Shown: positions 1 through 16,214 of the stretch, piece by piece
Layout of the letters: every line of letters starts with the position of its first letter
How positions within the stretch are numbered: position 1 is the first letter of the stretch
Origin: the human T2T-CHM13v2.0 reference genome, Homo sapiens
Direction: 5' to 3' (one strand)
DNA length: 64,000 bases
Assembly: GCF_009914755.1 (NCBI RefSeq)
Contig: NC_060937.1
Made by a program: the position numbers and the translations under genes
The notes under the pieces: generated by a model
Database searches by the model: none
What the model saw: only the letters and a program-made list of their open reading frames with translations
Told to the model about the DNA's origin: nothing

Positions 1-229
1 TAAGATGTCATTTGAAATGGTTAAAATTTTAGGTAAATTTAAAGAAAGTTGATTTAAACTTAGCGCTGCTTCTCTTAAAATAAATTATAATGATCATACA
101 ATTATGGGTTACAAAAGTAATACCACTCAAATGTGCATTTTACAATACAGATGATTTAGAAATATTTTAGCTGTCAAGCCTAAAAATACAATGGCATTTT
201 AACAATTTGTATAGTAATAATGTATACAC

Positions 230-530
230 ATTGACACAATGCACAGGTCATGAGTAAAGGTTGCTTACTTGTCACACAATCAATATATCTAGATAATCAG
301 CACCCGGGTCAAGAAATAAAATGTTATCAGCATACCAAAATCACTCTTCAGTACTTCTGTCAATAACTAACTTCACTCATTTCTCTAAAGGTAATAAAAT
401 CCTGTCTTCTATTGCATAGACTTGTTTTGCTTGTTTCTTTGAAATTCATACAATTGGAACCATTTGTTCTTTATTTATTTTCAATTACATTAAGTTTGTG
501 AATGATCCATGACATTGTATGTAGCTATAA
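230..530 (-). mobile_element. Old L1 (L1ME-type) 3'-end fragment
   Basis: 'cacccgggtcaagaaataaaatgttatcagcatacc...cctgtcttctattgcatagacttgttttgc' resembles the reverse-complemented L1ME 3' UTR; highly diverged, boundaries approximate. Confidence 0.5.
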
Positions 531-670
531 AAATGATTAAAGCTAAAATAATAGAAAAAATAATGAGTTTTAAAACTTACAAACATCAATGAGACAATTT
601 ATGGCTATATTTATATGTGTGCATTGGACAAGGGTACATGTGTTTTTATCTTAAGATACACCTTAGTCTG

Positions 671-991
671 GGCCGGAAATGGTGGCTCAAACCTGCAAAT
701 TCCAGCACTTTGGGAGGCTGAGGCAGGAAGATTGCTTGAGGCCAGGAGTCTCAGACCAGTCTGGGCAACATGGTGATACTGTTTCTTAAAAAAATTTTAA
801 GTATTAGCTGGGCATGGTGGTGCATGCCCCTAGTCCCAGCTCCTCTGGAGGCTGAGATGGGAGGATCTCTTGAGCCCAGGAGTTTGAGATGGCAGTGATC
901 TTTGATCGCGGCCCTGCATGCCAGCCTGGGTGGCAGGGCGAGAAAGTGAGACCCTATCTCTTATAGAAAGGGGGAAAAAAAGGAGAGAGAG
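671..991 (+). mobile_element. AluJ element, full length
   Basis: Starts ggccgg; 'gattgcttgaggccaggag' and 'gaggatctcttgagcccagg' are J-type; flanked by 17-bp TSD agatacaccttagtctg (654-670) / agatacacattagtctg (992-1008). Confidence 0.93.
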
Positions 992-1009
992 AGATACACA
1001 TTAGTCTGA

Positions 1010-1745
1010 AGTGGATTTTGTTGGGTCTACTTATCTAAGCTGGAAATACATTATGCATAATTTGCTTTCCTGCAGCGTTCTGGATTAGAGTCAGCCACAA
1101 GAGACGTGCATGCATTACGATTTGGAAGGCAAAAGTACACCAGCACTTATTTTCTTGTCACATTCAGAAAATTGGTGCGAGGCACCAGGCACACTGTGGC
1201 TGTTCAAGCATATTGTTGCTGATATTCTGACTCCTTGTGGAAGTAGAGCGGCATCCAGCTTTACAGAGCATCAGCCAGATCTTTTTTTTCACTTTCTCTG
1301 AATCATGGGCAGGCAGGTGCGGCTGCTGGAGCAGGGGAATGGGCCTGCAGTTTATTTAGCTCCTGTCAGATTCCTAGCTCCAACTGCTCTAATTGCAGGG
1401 CTAGGTGTATGTTTAGCTCTATGGCAGGAGGTGCCAGCTTCTCCTGCATATCTCAAACTTCAGCAAAAGCTGGCAGCTTGGAGGTAGTGAGACACAGAGG
1501 TGAGATCCAGTTCATCAAGGCGAGTTCCAGTTTGTCTTCGCAGTCTTCTAATTCATGTCTGTCTTGCCTTCCCCACTGCTTGGCCTGCTGATTTTAGGCC
1601 TGGCCTCAGATGCAGACACCACAGCCATACACACACACTGTATAACCACTTTCCAAAATTACCTGAGGTCAAATCCTTGTAATAAATCTGTTATTCTGCA
1701 ACACTCTTAGTTAGTGGTCCTGCTTCTTTAATTACTTACTATTCT
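1010..1745 (+). mobile_element. Degenerate ERVL-class solo LTR (LTR41/LTR33-like)
   Basis: GC-richer island starting 'aagctggaaatacatt...ttctggattagagtcagccacaagag' and ending with aataaa (1681-1686) plus 'agtggtcctgcttct'; family assignment from memory only. Confidence 0.45.
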
Positions 1746-2246
1746 GGGGCAATTAGTTAATTATCTCAAAACAAAAAAATTTTTAGACATAGTAACACCG
1801 TTAAAATCAACTAAGTATATTAAAATATTTCAGATTGCTTATTTCTGAATGGTAAAATTCTTTATAAGTTTAAAGTGCAAGGAAACATTTATACAGATAA
1901 ACCAATTAAAAGTCAAATGTAAAAATGAAAACTTGTGAACATTTAAATATCATAAATATAAATGCCAGCAACAGATTACAAAAATATTAGGATCTTACTG
2001 ACAGACCTTAATGTCCTTAGTATGCAAGTTGGATTTGTAAATCAATACAAAATATGAATATCATTTGCTGTACTTATTAGGAAAAGCAAAAATAAGTTAA
2101 CATTTAATAAATATAATTTCATATGTTAAACTCATTCATTCTAACAAAATTGCAAATTAAAATTTTTTGCCAATCAATTACAAAAAGATTAGGTTAGGAG
2201 ACAAATGGTTTCTTTGATTGTAGACAAAGTAGTATTAAAGTATATA

Positions 2247-3732
<1,486 letters not shown>

Positions 3733-3819
3733 TAGCTGAACTTAACACCAGTTATAGTAAAGAACATGAGCAATAAGCGGCCTCAATAAATTAACGCATT
3801 CTATTATGTGCAAGCCATA

Positions 3820-4015
3820 AGTGGGCTCAAAAATTAGCACATATATAACACATCAATGTTACCACTATCAAGAGTGAGAGTTGGAGTATAAGAAGCATCT
3901 CAGAATGTCCCTCTATTCCTTCTAATCACTGCATTCTCACTCCGCCCAAGATACCACTCTCCTAACTTCTAACATCATAGGTAAGTTTTCTCCTTTGGAT
4001 AACTTGACATAAATG
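3820..4015 (-). mobile_element. Old L1ME 3' fragment
   Basis: 'gttaccactatcaag...agcatctcagaatgtccct...actctcctaacttctaacatcatagg' resembles L1ME 3' UTR reverse complement. Confidence 0.45.
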
Positions 4016-4412
4016 TAGAAAACCTATTACTGACATAAAAGAAGAATGAAAGAAGATTCTTTACTGGGGAAAGTTGTGCGGGTTCAACAAATCACTGCTA
4101 AATTATGGAAGGAAGTTCAATAATTTTTACATTTGTTTAGGCCGAAACTGTCTCCTTCATGATTTGTGGGAAACAATCCTGGCAATTATTGTAGTACATT
4201 TAACAACGATTAAGTAGATTTAAATTTCCATTTTCTTACAAGTACTTTTGGTTGTTTCCAAGGGTATTGGAGGCCAACATCCACATGAAATGTGTCCATC
4301 TGTTTAAGCATACGTGCCAGGCAGCTAAACTTACAGAACGACCAGTCAGGCCCCCTCAGGATATGTATGTATTTATTTTTCTTTTAAATAAGCAAATCAG
4401 ACTTCTAGAATA

Positions 4413-5039
4413 TCTTGGTGGTTAATTTTATGTGCCAACTTGACTGTGCTAAGGGATGTCCAGGTAGCCTGTAAAACATTATTTCTGGGTTTGTTTGTGA
4501 GGGAATTTCTGGAGGAAATTAGCATTTGAGTTATTAGACTGTATCTGAAAGACCTGCCCTCACCAAGGTGGGTGGACATCATCCAAGATTAAATAGCACA
4601 AATGGCAGAGGTAGGGCTCATTCTTTCTTTTGCTTCTTGAGCTGGAAGATCCATCTTCTCCTGCCCTTGGACATAAGAGCTCCTGGTTCTTGGGCCTTTG
4701 GACTCAGGGTTTATACTAGCGGCCTCCCATCCCCACCCCCAACCCCTGCTGGTTCTAGAATCTTCAGCCTTGAACTGGGTGTTACATCATTGGCTCCTCT
4801 GATTCTCATGCATTTTAACTCAGACTGAATTACCCCACCAGCTTTCTTGATTTTCCAGCTTGCAGGTGGCAGATAATGAGACTTCTCAGCCTCCATAATC
4901 ATGTGAGCCAATTTTCGTAATAAATCTTTTCATATATGCATATATTTATAAATATATATTGTATCCCTTAAATAGATGACCTATAGACTATAGATCTCAA
5001 TTTATGGTTTTATTTCTCTGGAAAACTCTGACTAATACA
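4413..5039 (+). mobile_element. MLT2 (MLT2B/D-like) ERVL solo LTR
   Basis: Starts 'ggttaattttatgtgccaacttgactg', has aataaa at about 4919 then a TA-rich stretch, ends 'tctctggaaaactctgactaataca'. Confidence 0.85.
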
Positions 5040-5229
5040 CATATAAAGCCTGGCTCTGGTGTGATTTATTTTTTCTTCAATTTTAACATGAAATTGATTA
5101 GGAAGAATGTTACATCAAATAAAACAGTTTCATTATACAATGAAAAAGAAACACTGTACTTTTAAATATCAATTGTAAGACATGCAATTTTAAAATAGTT
5201 AAAATAGAAACAAAGGTTAATATTCTTTT

Positions 5230-6790
5230 CAGCTAGATGAACTAAAAGGAACCTGGTTCACTCTCTTATTTAAAAAAACAAAAAAGGGACAAAATATAAG
5301 CAACAGTTTTTGAAACACAGGGTATGAGGCAATGAAAGACAATGATTTTTGAGAGAAGGGAAACCAATGAGGGGGTCCTTCAATCTGCCAACGCCTACTA
5401 CTGTGTTGGGGTGTTTTCTGGCCATGGCTCAATGATGGTAAATTTAGGTAGTCCACATCACAGAAGAGGAGAGATGGAGCTCAGAGTCTGAGGAAGCCAA
5501 GGCAGCTAGAATTCACAAAACAAAATATTGAAGAGGAGAAAACTGTGCAGATAAAAAACTTTGGAGATATAAGAGGGTTTCTCTTAATTATTTAGCTGAG
5601 TAGAGAACAGTGCATGCATTTGAAGAAACTGAGACCAGGGAAAGAACCACCTGAAGGATTAAAGTCAACATGGTTCATGCTCACATAGGGCCAGTAGAGC
5701 CTGGTCTTATCATCCAAACAGGAAATCCTCAAGATTCATGGGGCACTGGGTAGTGTATCAGAAGAACTTGACTTCAGCAGTGAGAATAATTGGCCCTAGA
5801 CTGAGCGCTACCACCTAACAAATCTTAAAAGAAATAACCAACAAGGTCAAATTGTTTCACATAACTATCTCATAAAAAAGCTGAAGAAAATGTACAGGAA
5901 TACAGAAGTACTGAGGATCTAAAAAGGTAGATTCACAATGTCTGGCATCCTATACAAAATTATCAGGCATGCAGAGAAGCAGGAAATTATCACCCATAAG
6001 AAGAAAAACCATTCATTGTAAACTAACTCAGGACTGACATAGATGTTAGAATAAGACAGGATATTAAAGGTTATTGTAATTATACTCCACAGGTTTAAAA
6101 AGTCAAGCACTGACACAAGATATTTTTTTAAAAAACTCAAATCATACTTACAGGGAGCAAAATTATAGTATGTGAGATAAATTGTCCTTATTTGCAGACA
6201 ACATGATTATCTCCGTATAAAATTCAACAGAGTTTACAGGAAAAAAAAAGCTGCTAGAAATGAGTTTAGCAAGGATGAGAGATAAAAAAAATCAATACAT
6301 AAAAATCAGTGGTATTTCTATGCACTATTAATGCTACTTGGGAAAAAAGTAGCATTTACAAAAGTATAAAACATGAAACACTTCAGGATAAATACAATAA
6401 ATAATATTAAAAACCTGAATATTGAAAAATACAGAACAATTTAAGGTACATAAAGAAACATTAATGAATGGAGAGGTAAACCATATTAAAGATTAATGAA
6501 AAAACTCATTATTGTTAAGATATCAATTGTCCCCAAATATATCTGTAGATTTAATACAATCCCAATCAAAAGCTCAGTAGACATTTTTTTTTTGGTGTGG
6601 AAATTGACAAACTGAATCTAAAATTCATGTGAAAATTAAAAGGAATTAAAATACCTAAATAACTTGTAAAGGCAGAATAAAGTTTAAGGAGTAACACTAC
6701 CTGATTTCAAGACCTAATAGAAAGTTAAAACAATCAAGAAAATATTAAGTTATTGGCATAAAGATAGAAAAATATTGTCTGGAAAGAAAA
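5230..6790 (+). mobile_element. Old L1M relic: 5'/ORF1-side fragment joined to an ORF2 RT fragment
   Basis: A-rich plus strand; 'ttatttgcagacaacatgatt' (about 6188-6208) encodes LFADNMI, the decayed L1 RT FADD motif; 'atctgtagatttaatacaatcccaatcaaa' is typical ORF2. Confidence 0.75.
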
Positions 6791-7450
6791 GAACTACGAT
6801 AAAAAGAATAAGGATGTGTTATTATAGAATTTTGCAAGGGGAATATCTTCTCTAAAGAAACTAAAATACTAAAAATGAATAGTAGGTTCTGTCTGGACAG
6901 CAGTAGACAAAACAGTGATGATCTTGGCCTTATGGAGCTGATAATGTAGTAGAGATAGCACTGCATAGCTCAGGGAGGTGACTATGATTATACATGAAAA
7001 ACAAAAAAGAGGAAACAAACCCTTCGCACACAATGGTGTATCTTTAATTAAATAAAAACTTGAATAAATAAAAAACGTTTATCAGCTGTCTTTGAGGATG
7101 GAAATTTTTGGAAAAGATTAAACTTCCTTTTATTCAAATGGATAGAACAAAACAATGTATTGATTATCTGGTGAACCCTGGGAACTATTTATTCTTTACG
7201 TAAATTGTAGTGCTATCATGTATATTGTTGCTGAGTTTAATGACTATCTAGATGAGCAGAGGATTAAATTAAATTTCATTTATTGATCTTATTCATGAGT
7301 GGCTCATAGGTCCTACAGCACAGAAATAGTCCATATAAGGTGAAATTAAAAAAATAAAAGATAGTATTTTGCAGCTGCACAAAGTAGTATTAGTATTTTG
7401 CATGCATAAAATGGTTGTAAGTATCTTTAAATTAATATTTCATTCTTCAG

Positions 7451-7760
7451 TGTTTTAGTCAGTTTAGGCTGCTGTAACAAATGTCATAGATTGGGTGGCT
7501 TAAACAACAATTTGCTTCTCATAATACTTGGAGCTGGGGAATTAAGTTCAGTTTCTCATGAAGGCCTCTTCCTGGTTTGCAGTGGGACTACATCTGATTT
7601 TCTGTATTACCACATTAGAAGGTGGTAGGGAGAGAAAGATCTGGGGTCTTGAATCCCATTCTGGGACCTCACTCTCATGATCTCATCTAAATGTAGTTAC
7701 CTCCCAAAGGTCACACCTCTGACCACCATCACACTGGGGGGTTAGGCTTCAATATTTGAG
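7451..7760 (-). mobile_element. MaLR LTR (MLT1A/MSTD-like)
   Basis: 'tgttttagtcagtttaggctgctgtaacaaatgtcatagattgggtggcttaaacaaca' and 'accatcacactgggggg ttaggcttcaata' are MaLR LTR termini. Confidence 0.8.
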
Positions 7761-7763
7761 TGC

Positions 7764-8352
<589 letters not shown>

Positions 8353-10334
8353 CAGTCCATAGCAGGTTTCTATAATTGCTAATGATAGTTGCAAATACTC
8401 AAAGCTCATTTGTGTTATGTATTGGACCTCCTGTTGTGGTACTATCCCAGTGTCCAACTGTACCTCTTTCTTTCCTCTTTATGTTGTAACTTTAATGAGT
8501 AAAACTTGTGGAAGATTCAATATCTTTTACACAGTAATTAAAATAATCCTACACATGCTACAAGCTATTAATAAATTACATTAAGTAAGGGAAGGGGCAA
8601 TTGTGTATCAGATATGAAGGAGATAGCCTTAAATATAAATTGATTGTTGATTTTAGAAAATATTTGACCATATTACTGACAAAGCACCTCAAACTTTCTT
8701 TAGAGGTAGAAACTTAGCATTACTAAAATACAATATGCATTCCATTTACTGCAGAATTTTCCAATTCATGATAAATTATTAGTACACACTTTGCATTACA
8801 ACTAGCATGGATATGAAACCCAGACCCAGAAAATCCTTCCCGGTTCGTGGATATGCCTATGATTTTTTTTAATGTCGCTGCTGTTGAACACACACATTAC
8901 TTTGTCTGTAGTGCCATCCTCACTTCCATTCTCTAACCGATGCTTTCCTACTCATCTTCACATATTTCATTTATTTTGTTTCTAGACAAAGAAAATTACA
9001 CGTCTCTATTTGCTTTCATTTTCTTTACAAATCATTGTTATAGCATTATTTCATGGTTGTAAATTTTTAACAGCATTTTAATGTGTTGGGGGCTACATAA
9101 ACGCAGAACACTAGGTTTTGTTAACGTGTGTTTGCTGAAATGTCAAAAGTGTTTCTGGCACAAGAAGTTATACATTCAATGCTATTAGTAGATGGAAAGA
9201 TTGGCTAAATGATAACTATTGTTAGATGATGTTTGCTAAAGAAACAGTTTGGTAATAAGATTGTTTTTAATACTTGCTTAGATAAGCAGACACATTCCAA
9301 GTATTTTGAGGGGAGAAACGTCTATGCTTTTTAGAATATTTAATTTTGAGAAGCATTTCGTAATTTAAATAACTTATTTTTCTGTTTTAGAAATATCTAC
9401 CAGAATCTTTTACATGTTCCATCTTCCTAACAACTTATTATGTAATTGTGCTCTGAGGGATAGAAAACATCCTTTAAAGATTAGAATCAGTTTATGTATT
9501 CAGGTATTTCAGGAAGTTCAACAAGAAGACAGAAAGGAATACATTTAATTAGAGAACTATAGTCATTTCTAGGAGTTTCAGGTAGACATAATTTTTATAA
9601 AGCAGCATTTCATAAAAGACAATATGAGACTTCTGTGTAAATAAAAATGATCAATGAAAAAAAAAATACTTTTTACAGTGTAGACCAGGATGTGTATTCA
9701 ATATAATTACCTAAATATAAACAACAGAATGGAACCAATTTCCAAAACTTAGTCTGTAATTTAGTCAGCATTTATCCACTTTCCTAAGAATCATTATAAT
9801 AGCCCTACTTTCATTTTATAATATTTGCAAAGGGATGTCTTTTATGCAGAACATGATTGAGCTATTTAGATTAAAACTATAATTACAAATTGCTTTATCA
9901 AATTTATAATCCTCTGATGAGAAAAATGAGTTATTTACTAACCATTCTAATGACCTCACTGCTCACATAGACATTTTTGGCAAACCTTCAAGGTAAGTTT
10001 CACCAAAATTCAGAAACACATAATATTGTAGTTAATAAGCAAACTAAGCCTGGAATATAAATATATCCATCCAAATAGCAGAATTTTACAGAGATTATGG
10101 ATGTCTCTGGTTTTATGAGTAGATTCTTTTATTAAAATATTTGTTTTTACATTGAATTATATTAATATTTGAACCATACTTTAAAAATCAAAAGATGATT
10201 TAGCCATGTAATAATCAAGTGCAGTGTTTTATTATTTCACCTGCTAGTTTTTCTTCCTCATGTCAAATTCTAATTATGCTCAATGTATTCTAAACATAGG
10301 AAGAAAGATAAAGGATTAAAATAGTTATTATATT

Positions 10335-10480
10335 AAATAATGCCTATCCTTCCCAATTAAATGTAAGTTATTTGAAGTCAGGAATTCTTTTTTGTTTGAC
10401 TTGGTATTCATAGTTTTTAGAACAATGCCTGGCACATAGCAGGTAATTAGTAAATGCCTTGTTAAATTTCAAATGAAATA
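10335..10480 (+). mobile_element. L2 3'-end fragment
   Basis: 'aaatgtaagttatttgaagtcagg...aacaatgcctggcacatagcaggtaattagtaaatg' matches the L2 terminus. Confidence 0.7.
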
Positions 10481-11456
10481 CTCAAGCAAAATATATAAAT
10501 GGTATTGCTAATGGAAACAAATATTTTATTTAAAATTGTAATGAAGCTTTGTGGACTCCAAATCATTTTATTACTTGGACAAAATAATTAGCAAATAAAA
10601 GTCTGTAGAAAGGAGAAATGGCAGAGTGCTCTTTAATACAAATCTTGTCTTTTATATAAGAACACTTAAATGTCCAAGACTTATAACATGGGTTTTGTTA
10701 AATGTTCATAACATGTGTGAATCCTTCATCAATATTTGGAAATAACTCTGAAGAAACATATTGATTTTATTTATATATGCATTTACATTGAGTGTACCAT
10801 TCTTTCTACACTACTTCAAAGAGAAAATTATTTTTTATTAGAGTATTAATGAGCTTCTTAATACTTACTAATGAGTAAGTAAAATTGGATATCTGAAAAT
10901 AATGCTTTTCCATTAAAACGTTTGGTTCAGCAAATGAGAGTCTACTTGCTTGTTCAGTTCTGCTCAATTTTGCCTGTTGCAGAACAAACACATTTGGGTT
11001 TTAAATATATTTTCTCTAGAATACTTTTAAGCAGTCAGTGATCATCTCCTGGCAATTATCCTCTTCTGCATTTCTAACAAAGTAATTTCAGGTTTCTTTG
11101 AAATGTTGTCTTTTTTTTTTTTTTCTTCTATTTAAGTTTGTGATTTGAATTGCATTTTCTGGCTAGGCTGATTCTATTTCCCTGAGTTCACCTCTCCAGT
11201 AACATTTTCAAGTGTATCTAAGCTTACATTCCAAGGTCAATAAGATTACTGTCGACAGTCTAAATTCTATGTTAAAAATTTCAGACACAATTGAGAATTG
11301 TCATGTTATATTTTTAGCCTAAAGTTGTGTTTATACAGTTTTTTATTCAGATGATCAATTATTTTTAGCAAATATGCCTTTGAAGAAAGCAAAATAGACA
11401 TTTCATGAATAAATTAATAACCTTATACCTAGAACTTTCATTAACTGATTTCTACT

Positions 11457-11861
11457 TGTGTTTGTATGCTCTTGCATTGCTATAAAGAAACACCCAAGGC
11501 TAGGTAATTTACAAATAAAAGAGGTTAAATGGGCTCATGATTTTGCAGGCTTTAAAAGAAGCAAGATGTTGGCATCTGCTTCTGGTGAGGCCTCAGGAAG
11601 CTTACAATCATGGTTGAAGGTGGCAGACAGCCAGAATCTCACATGGTCAAAGGAGGGGCAAGAAAGAGTCAGGGGAGGTGCCACATTCTTCTAAACAACC
11701 AGATCTTGTGAGAACTCACTCACTATCTTGAGGACAGCACCAAGCCATTCATGAGTGATTTGCCGCCATGTCCCAACAGCTCCCACCAGGCCCCACCTCC
11801 AACATAGGCAATTACATTTCAACATGAGATTTGGAGGAGACAGATATCCAAATGATATAAC
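11457..11861 (-). mobile_element. MSTA-type MaLR solo LTR
   Basis: 'cttgcattgctataaagaaacacc', 'ggtgaggcctcaggaagcttacaatcatgg', 'tttcaacatgagatttggagg'. Confidence 0.88.
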
Positions 11862-11943
11862 TACCATTTTGATTGTGAAGCTCTTCTTTGTTTGACATTA
11901 GATGAACAGAAAGAGGAATAGAAACTGTCATTTTTTTTTTCTT

Positions 11944-12232
11944 TCTGGGGCAGTGGCTCCTGCCTATAATCTCATCACTTTGGGAGGCTGAGGCAGGAGG
12001 ATTACTCAAGGCCAGGAGTTCAAGGCCAGCCTGGTAAAAATTGTGAGACTCTCCCTCTAAAAGATAAAGAAAAAAATAGCCAGGTATGGTGTTGTGCAAG
12101 TGTAGTTTCAGTTATTGAGAGGCTGAGGCAGGAGGATTGCTTGAGCCCAAGTGTTCAAGGTTGCAATGAGCCATGATCACACCACTACACTCCAGCCTGG
12201 GCTACAAAGCAAGACACTGTCTCCAAAAAGAA
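11944..12232 (+). mobile_element. AluJ (Jo/Jr-like)
   Basis: Dimeric Alu with 'ggaggattactcaaggccaggagttcaag' and 'ggattgcttgagcccaag'; short A tail. Confidence 0.88.
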
Positions 12233-13329
12233 GACATTATCATTTTTCAGGATAGGAATATACATGATAGAGAAAACTACATATTAACAACTGACTACAG
12301 TAAATGTGTTTCACTATGACATATTGAAAATTCAAATTTAATGTAGTCTCTCCCTGAGATGGTGGGAGGAAAATCCTCAGAAATGTGGTATGATGACTTT
12401 TTAAACTTGGATTTCAAGGGTAAGTGCATATACCATCTGTTTTCAAATATTTTATAAACTATACATAACTTAGCACTTGGTCACAAACTCTCTACGAAGA
12501 AATGTTTCCATTCGTTATATCAACATTCAGTGCATTAGAGAAAAGGCCAGCATTAGATACAATTGCCCACTCATGAGTGTATAACCTTCTAATAACTAGG
12601 AGTTAGGGGAGTAATGGCCTCTGCATGTTATAAGGATATGAATGCGGAGTGGAGAGGGAAGTTTGTTGCACTTTGCATCTTGCATGTTTTAATGATGCTT
12701 TCAGCCCAAATTGACTCTAAAATTAGCTTTCATTAAAAAAAGCAACTAATAGGAAAAAACTGGGCCCAATATTGACAAGCCATGATTGAAAAGATTCATT
12801 AAAATCTCACATGTCACCAGATACACATCTTGAGATGTGATTCACAGGTCCTAGGAGCACAATCCGCTGAGCAGTGATACGGCTTCAGGGAGATATCAAT
12901 TTGCTGCCAATCCTTTCTCCTTTTTTTCTTTTGTGCACTAAACTCAATAAATAGTGCTGTTTTACTTGTACATAAAGATTCATGGTACATAGAGTTTTCA
13001 GACATGTTGAAAAATATGGGAGAGAAAGAAACAATTTTAATGGGGTGTGTATATATATTGATGGAGCTACTTCAGAAGCCATTTGTTGATGTTGGCAAGA
13101 GGATAAAGTAAGAGCAGACTAAGTTTAATTTATTGTTTCTACTTCCTTGGGCTCTGAAAAAAGATCTTGGATAAGGGCTTTAAAAATAAGCACTGCATTT
13201 AATTGCTTTTGCAAAGAAAATCTTTCATGTTGATAGCCATAAATATTAATGAGTTATAAGAATAGAAAATGAGATAATGGGAATAGAAGCCTTCATCAGA
13301 ATAACAATGCATGAAAACCAATTTTAGGA

Positions 13330-15070
13330 CTTCAAATTCCAGCCCTGTTTGGGTAACTTTTACTTTGCTAACCTCCTACTGAAAGCAACTATGAAAGCTG
13401 GATAAAGAACATAAAACAACTGCTTGAATTCTTCATTATATAATCCAGGCAACCTGAACTTTAGTGGTCAAAAGAACAGAGAAAACAGAAATCCAGTATG
13501 GTGAGATTTTCAGATTAGTCTCTTGGATTCTTTCGTTGGGTAAATTCCTTTCCTTTTTTTCTTATTCACACATCAAATAGGGAAATTGCCCTTTTAACTC
13601 ACTTTAAGAGGAACATGGTACTCTAGGAACACGAAACATTTGTTCTAACTAGAAGACAGAGATTGGCATTTTGGAGTTCCATGAACACCAGGAGTTGTTC
13701 AGAAAGATCCTGAGCTGCAGAGTGAGGCTAACCTACTAAAATTCACAGAGGTAAAACTTAAAAAATAAAGAAATAAACAACGGGTACTTCTATATATTTT
13801 CCAGAAAGAAAACTTCAAACACAGATAGTTTAACCAGTTATATTTACCAACACTTTAAGAAAGAATTAACACCCATCTTAAACTCTCTAAGGAAGACAAA
13901 TTTAAAAATAAAGCATCCCTTAATTTTCTTTATGAATTAAGCATAATAACTAAAACAACAAAAACGTTATAAGAAAAGAAAAATTATATCTTAGTATTTT
14001 ACTTGAAATCAGATGCATAAATGTCTATAGAAATTTTAGCAAATTAAATAAAGTAGAACATAGAAAGATTATATATCATGATTAAGGTGTTTATATCAAG
14101 AATTCATTTTTAATTTAATATTTAAAAAATCAATAAATTTTAGTATACCTACAAAATAAAGGGAAATCTATCAATAGATGCAAAGACCTTTGACAAAAAT
14201 CATGATAAATAAAAAATTTGTTTACTCATGATTAAATATCTCAGAAAACTGAAAATAAAATTGAACTTTTTAAATCTGATGAAGTATAACCAATAGCTAA
14301 TAAAGCAAAAATAGCATCAGTGATTAAAAACTGCAAATCTTTCCTCTGAGATCAATTACATAAACATGTCCGCTACCACCAATTCTAGTCAACAATGCAG
14401 TTAGGATAGCAAATAAAAGACACATATAAATATTGAAATGGAATAAATTAAACTATCCACATTCAGTTAAAATCCCCAAAGGAAAATGAAGACAATCTAT
14501 AAAAATTTAAAATAATTGTATTAGTTGTTTGATTAAAAGTTAATATACAAAAAATTAATTGTATTTTCATATTTTAGAAAAATCAGATAAGCCATCGATC
14601 ATATCATTAGAAGCTTAAAAATTTACATTCATCTAACATTGTCTTTATATGGAAAACTATAAAACATGATTGAGTGAATTCAAAATTATAAGTAAGATGA
14701 AAATTTTACACTTAAGATTGAAAACCCTATATTGTCAAGACTTCCTGAAATGATGTATTGAACAAAAGCTAATGAAAACAGTGGCAGTTTTTTTCAAAAT
14801 TGTTTTAAATTTATATAAAAGTCAAAATGGCTAAGTTAGCAAAAATACTTTTGAAGAAAAATAAAGCTTAATATTTACACTGTAAAATTTCAAGGCCTTT
14901 GGTTAAGATGCAGTAATTCAAGCACTGTCTTATTAGTGAAAGAATACATAGATACAGGTATGTAACAAAATGGAAAAAACAACCTAATATATATGTGGTC
15001 ACCAATTGTATAACAAAGTAACTACAGCAATGACACTGCCATGGCTTGAAGCAGAAGTGTTATTTTCAAT
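13330..15070 (+). mobile_element. Old L1M relic (5' and ORF2 fragments)
   Basis: A-rich; 'tcaatagatgcaaagacctttgacaaaa', 'tttcctctgagatca...ctaccaccaattctagtcaaca' are decayed ORF2 motifs. Confidence 0.7.
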
Positions 15071-15075
15071 AAATC

Positions 15076-15720
15076 TGTGATTTTTAAATTGAATTCTAGG
15101 ATATCAAATTAAAGGGACTCATGGACTTGAGTGGGAAAAAATTACAACTTAACCTCTGCTAATCTCTAAGCAAGGTTTATTATTCCTTTCATATATGAAT
15201 ATAGGTAGAAAATAGCATTAGTATTAGCAGTACCTGGAAACTGTCACCAATAAAAATCATAGATTTTTCAGTTATTGAAGAAATCTTGAAATGCCATGTC
15301 AACGTATGGTATTTGAAAAATCAAATTAGCTATCAGACTTGCTGCTGAATATTGTTACTATTTAAATTATTTTTCTTTTCTTTTTTTTTTTCTTTCTGAG
15401 ACTAAGTCTCAATCTGTTGCCCAGGCTGGAGTGCAGTGGTGCGATTGATCTAGGCTCACTGCATCCTCCACCTCCCGGGCTCAAGAGATTCTCCTGCCTC
15501 AGCCTCCCGAGTAGCTAGGATTGCAGGCGCGGCACCACCACACCCGGCTAATTTCTGTATTTTTAGTAGAGACGGGGTTTCACCATGTTGGCCAGGCTGG
15601 TCTTGAACTCCTGATCTCAGGTGATCCGCCTGCATCGGCCTCCCAAAGTGCTGGGATTACAGGTGTGAGCCACCACGCCTGGCCAATTATTTTTCATATT
15701 TAAAAATCTTATTCTGCTAA
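15076..15720. mobile_element. MER119-like hAT-Charlie fossil, interrupted by Alu
   Basis: 'catggacttgagtgggaaaaattaca', 'agtattagcagtacctggaaactgtcaccaataaaaatca' and post-Alu 'atttaaaaatcttattctg' match the recalled consensus. Confidence 0.55.
15376..15684 (-). mobile_element. AluSx-type
   Basis: Full dimer; TSD aattatttttc at 15365-15375 and 15685-15695. Confidence 0.92.
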
Positions 15721-15906
15721 GACGTAAGCTTAGCTTTCTTTTTATTTCCAATGGATTTAATATTACAAGTATATATAAGGATATAGAATCAATTGGGTAT
15801 ACTTATGGTAAACAAACAAAAGATCAAAAACAACAGCAACAACAACAAATAATATTTCCCTAATTAACATGGTACACAGAAAATTGTTTCCAGATAGACT
15901 TACATC

Positions 15907-16201
<295 letters not shown>

Positions 16202-16214
16202 TTGGACTTATATC

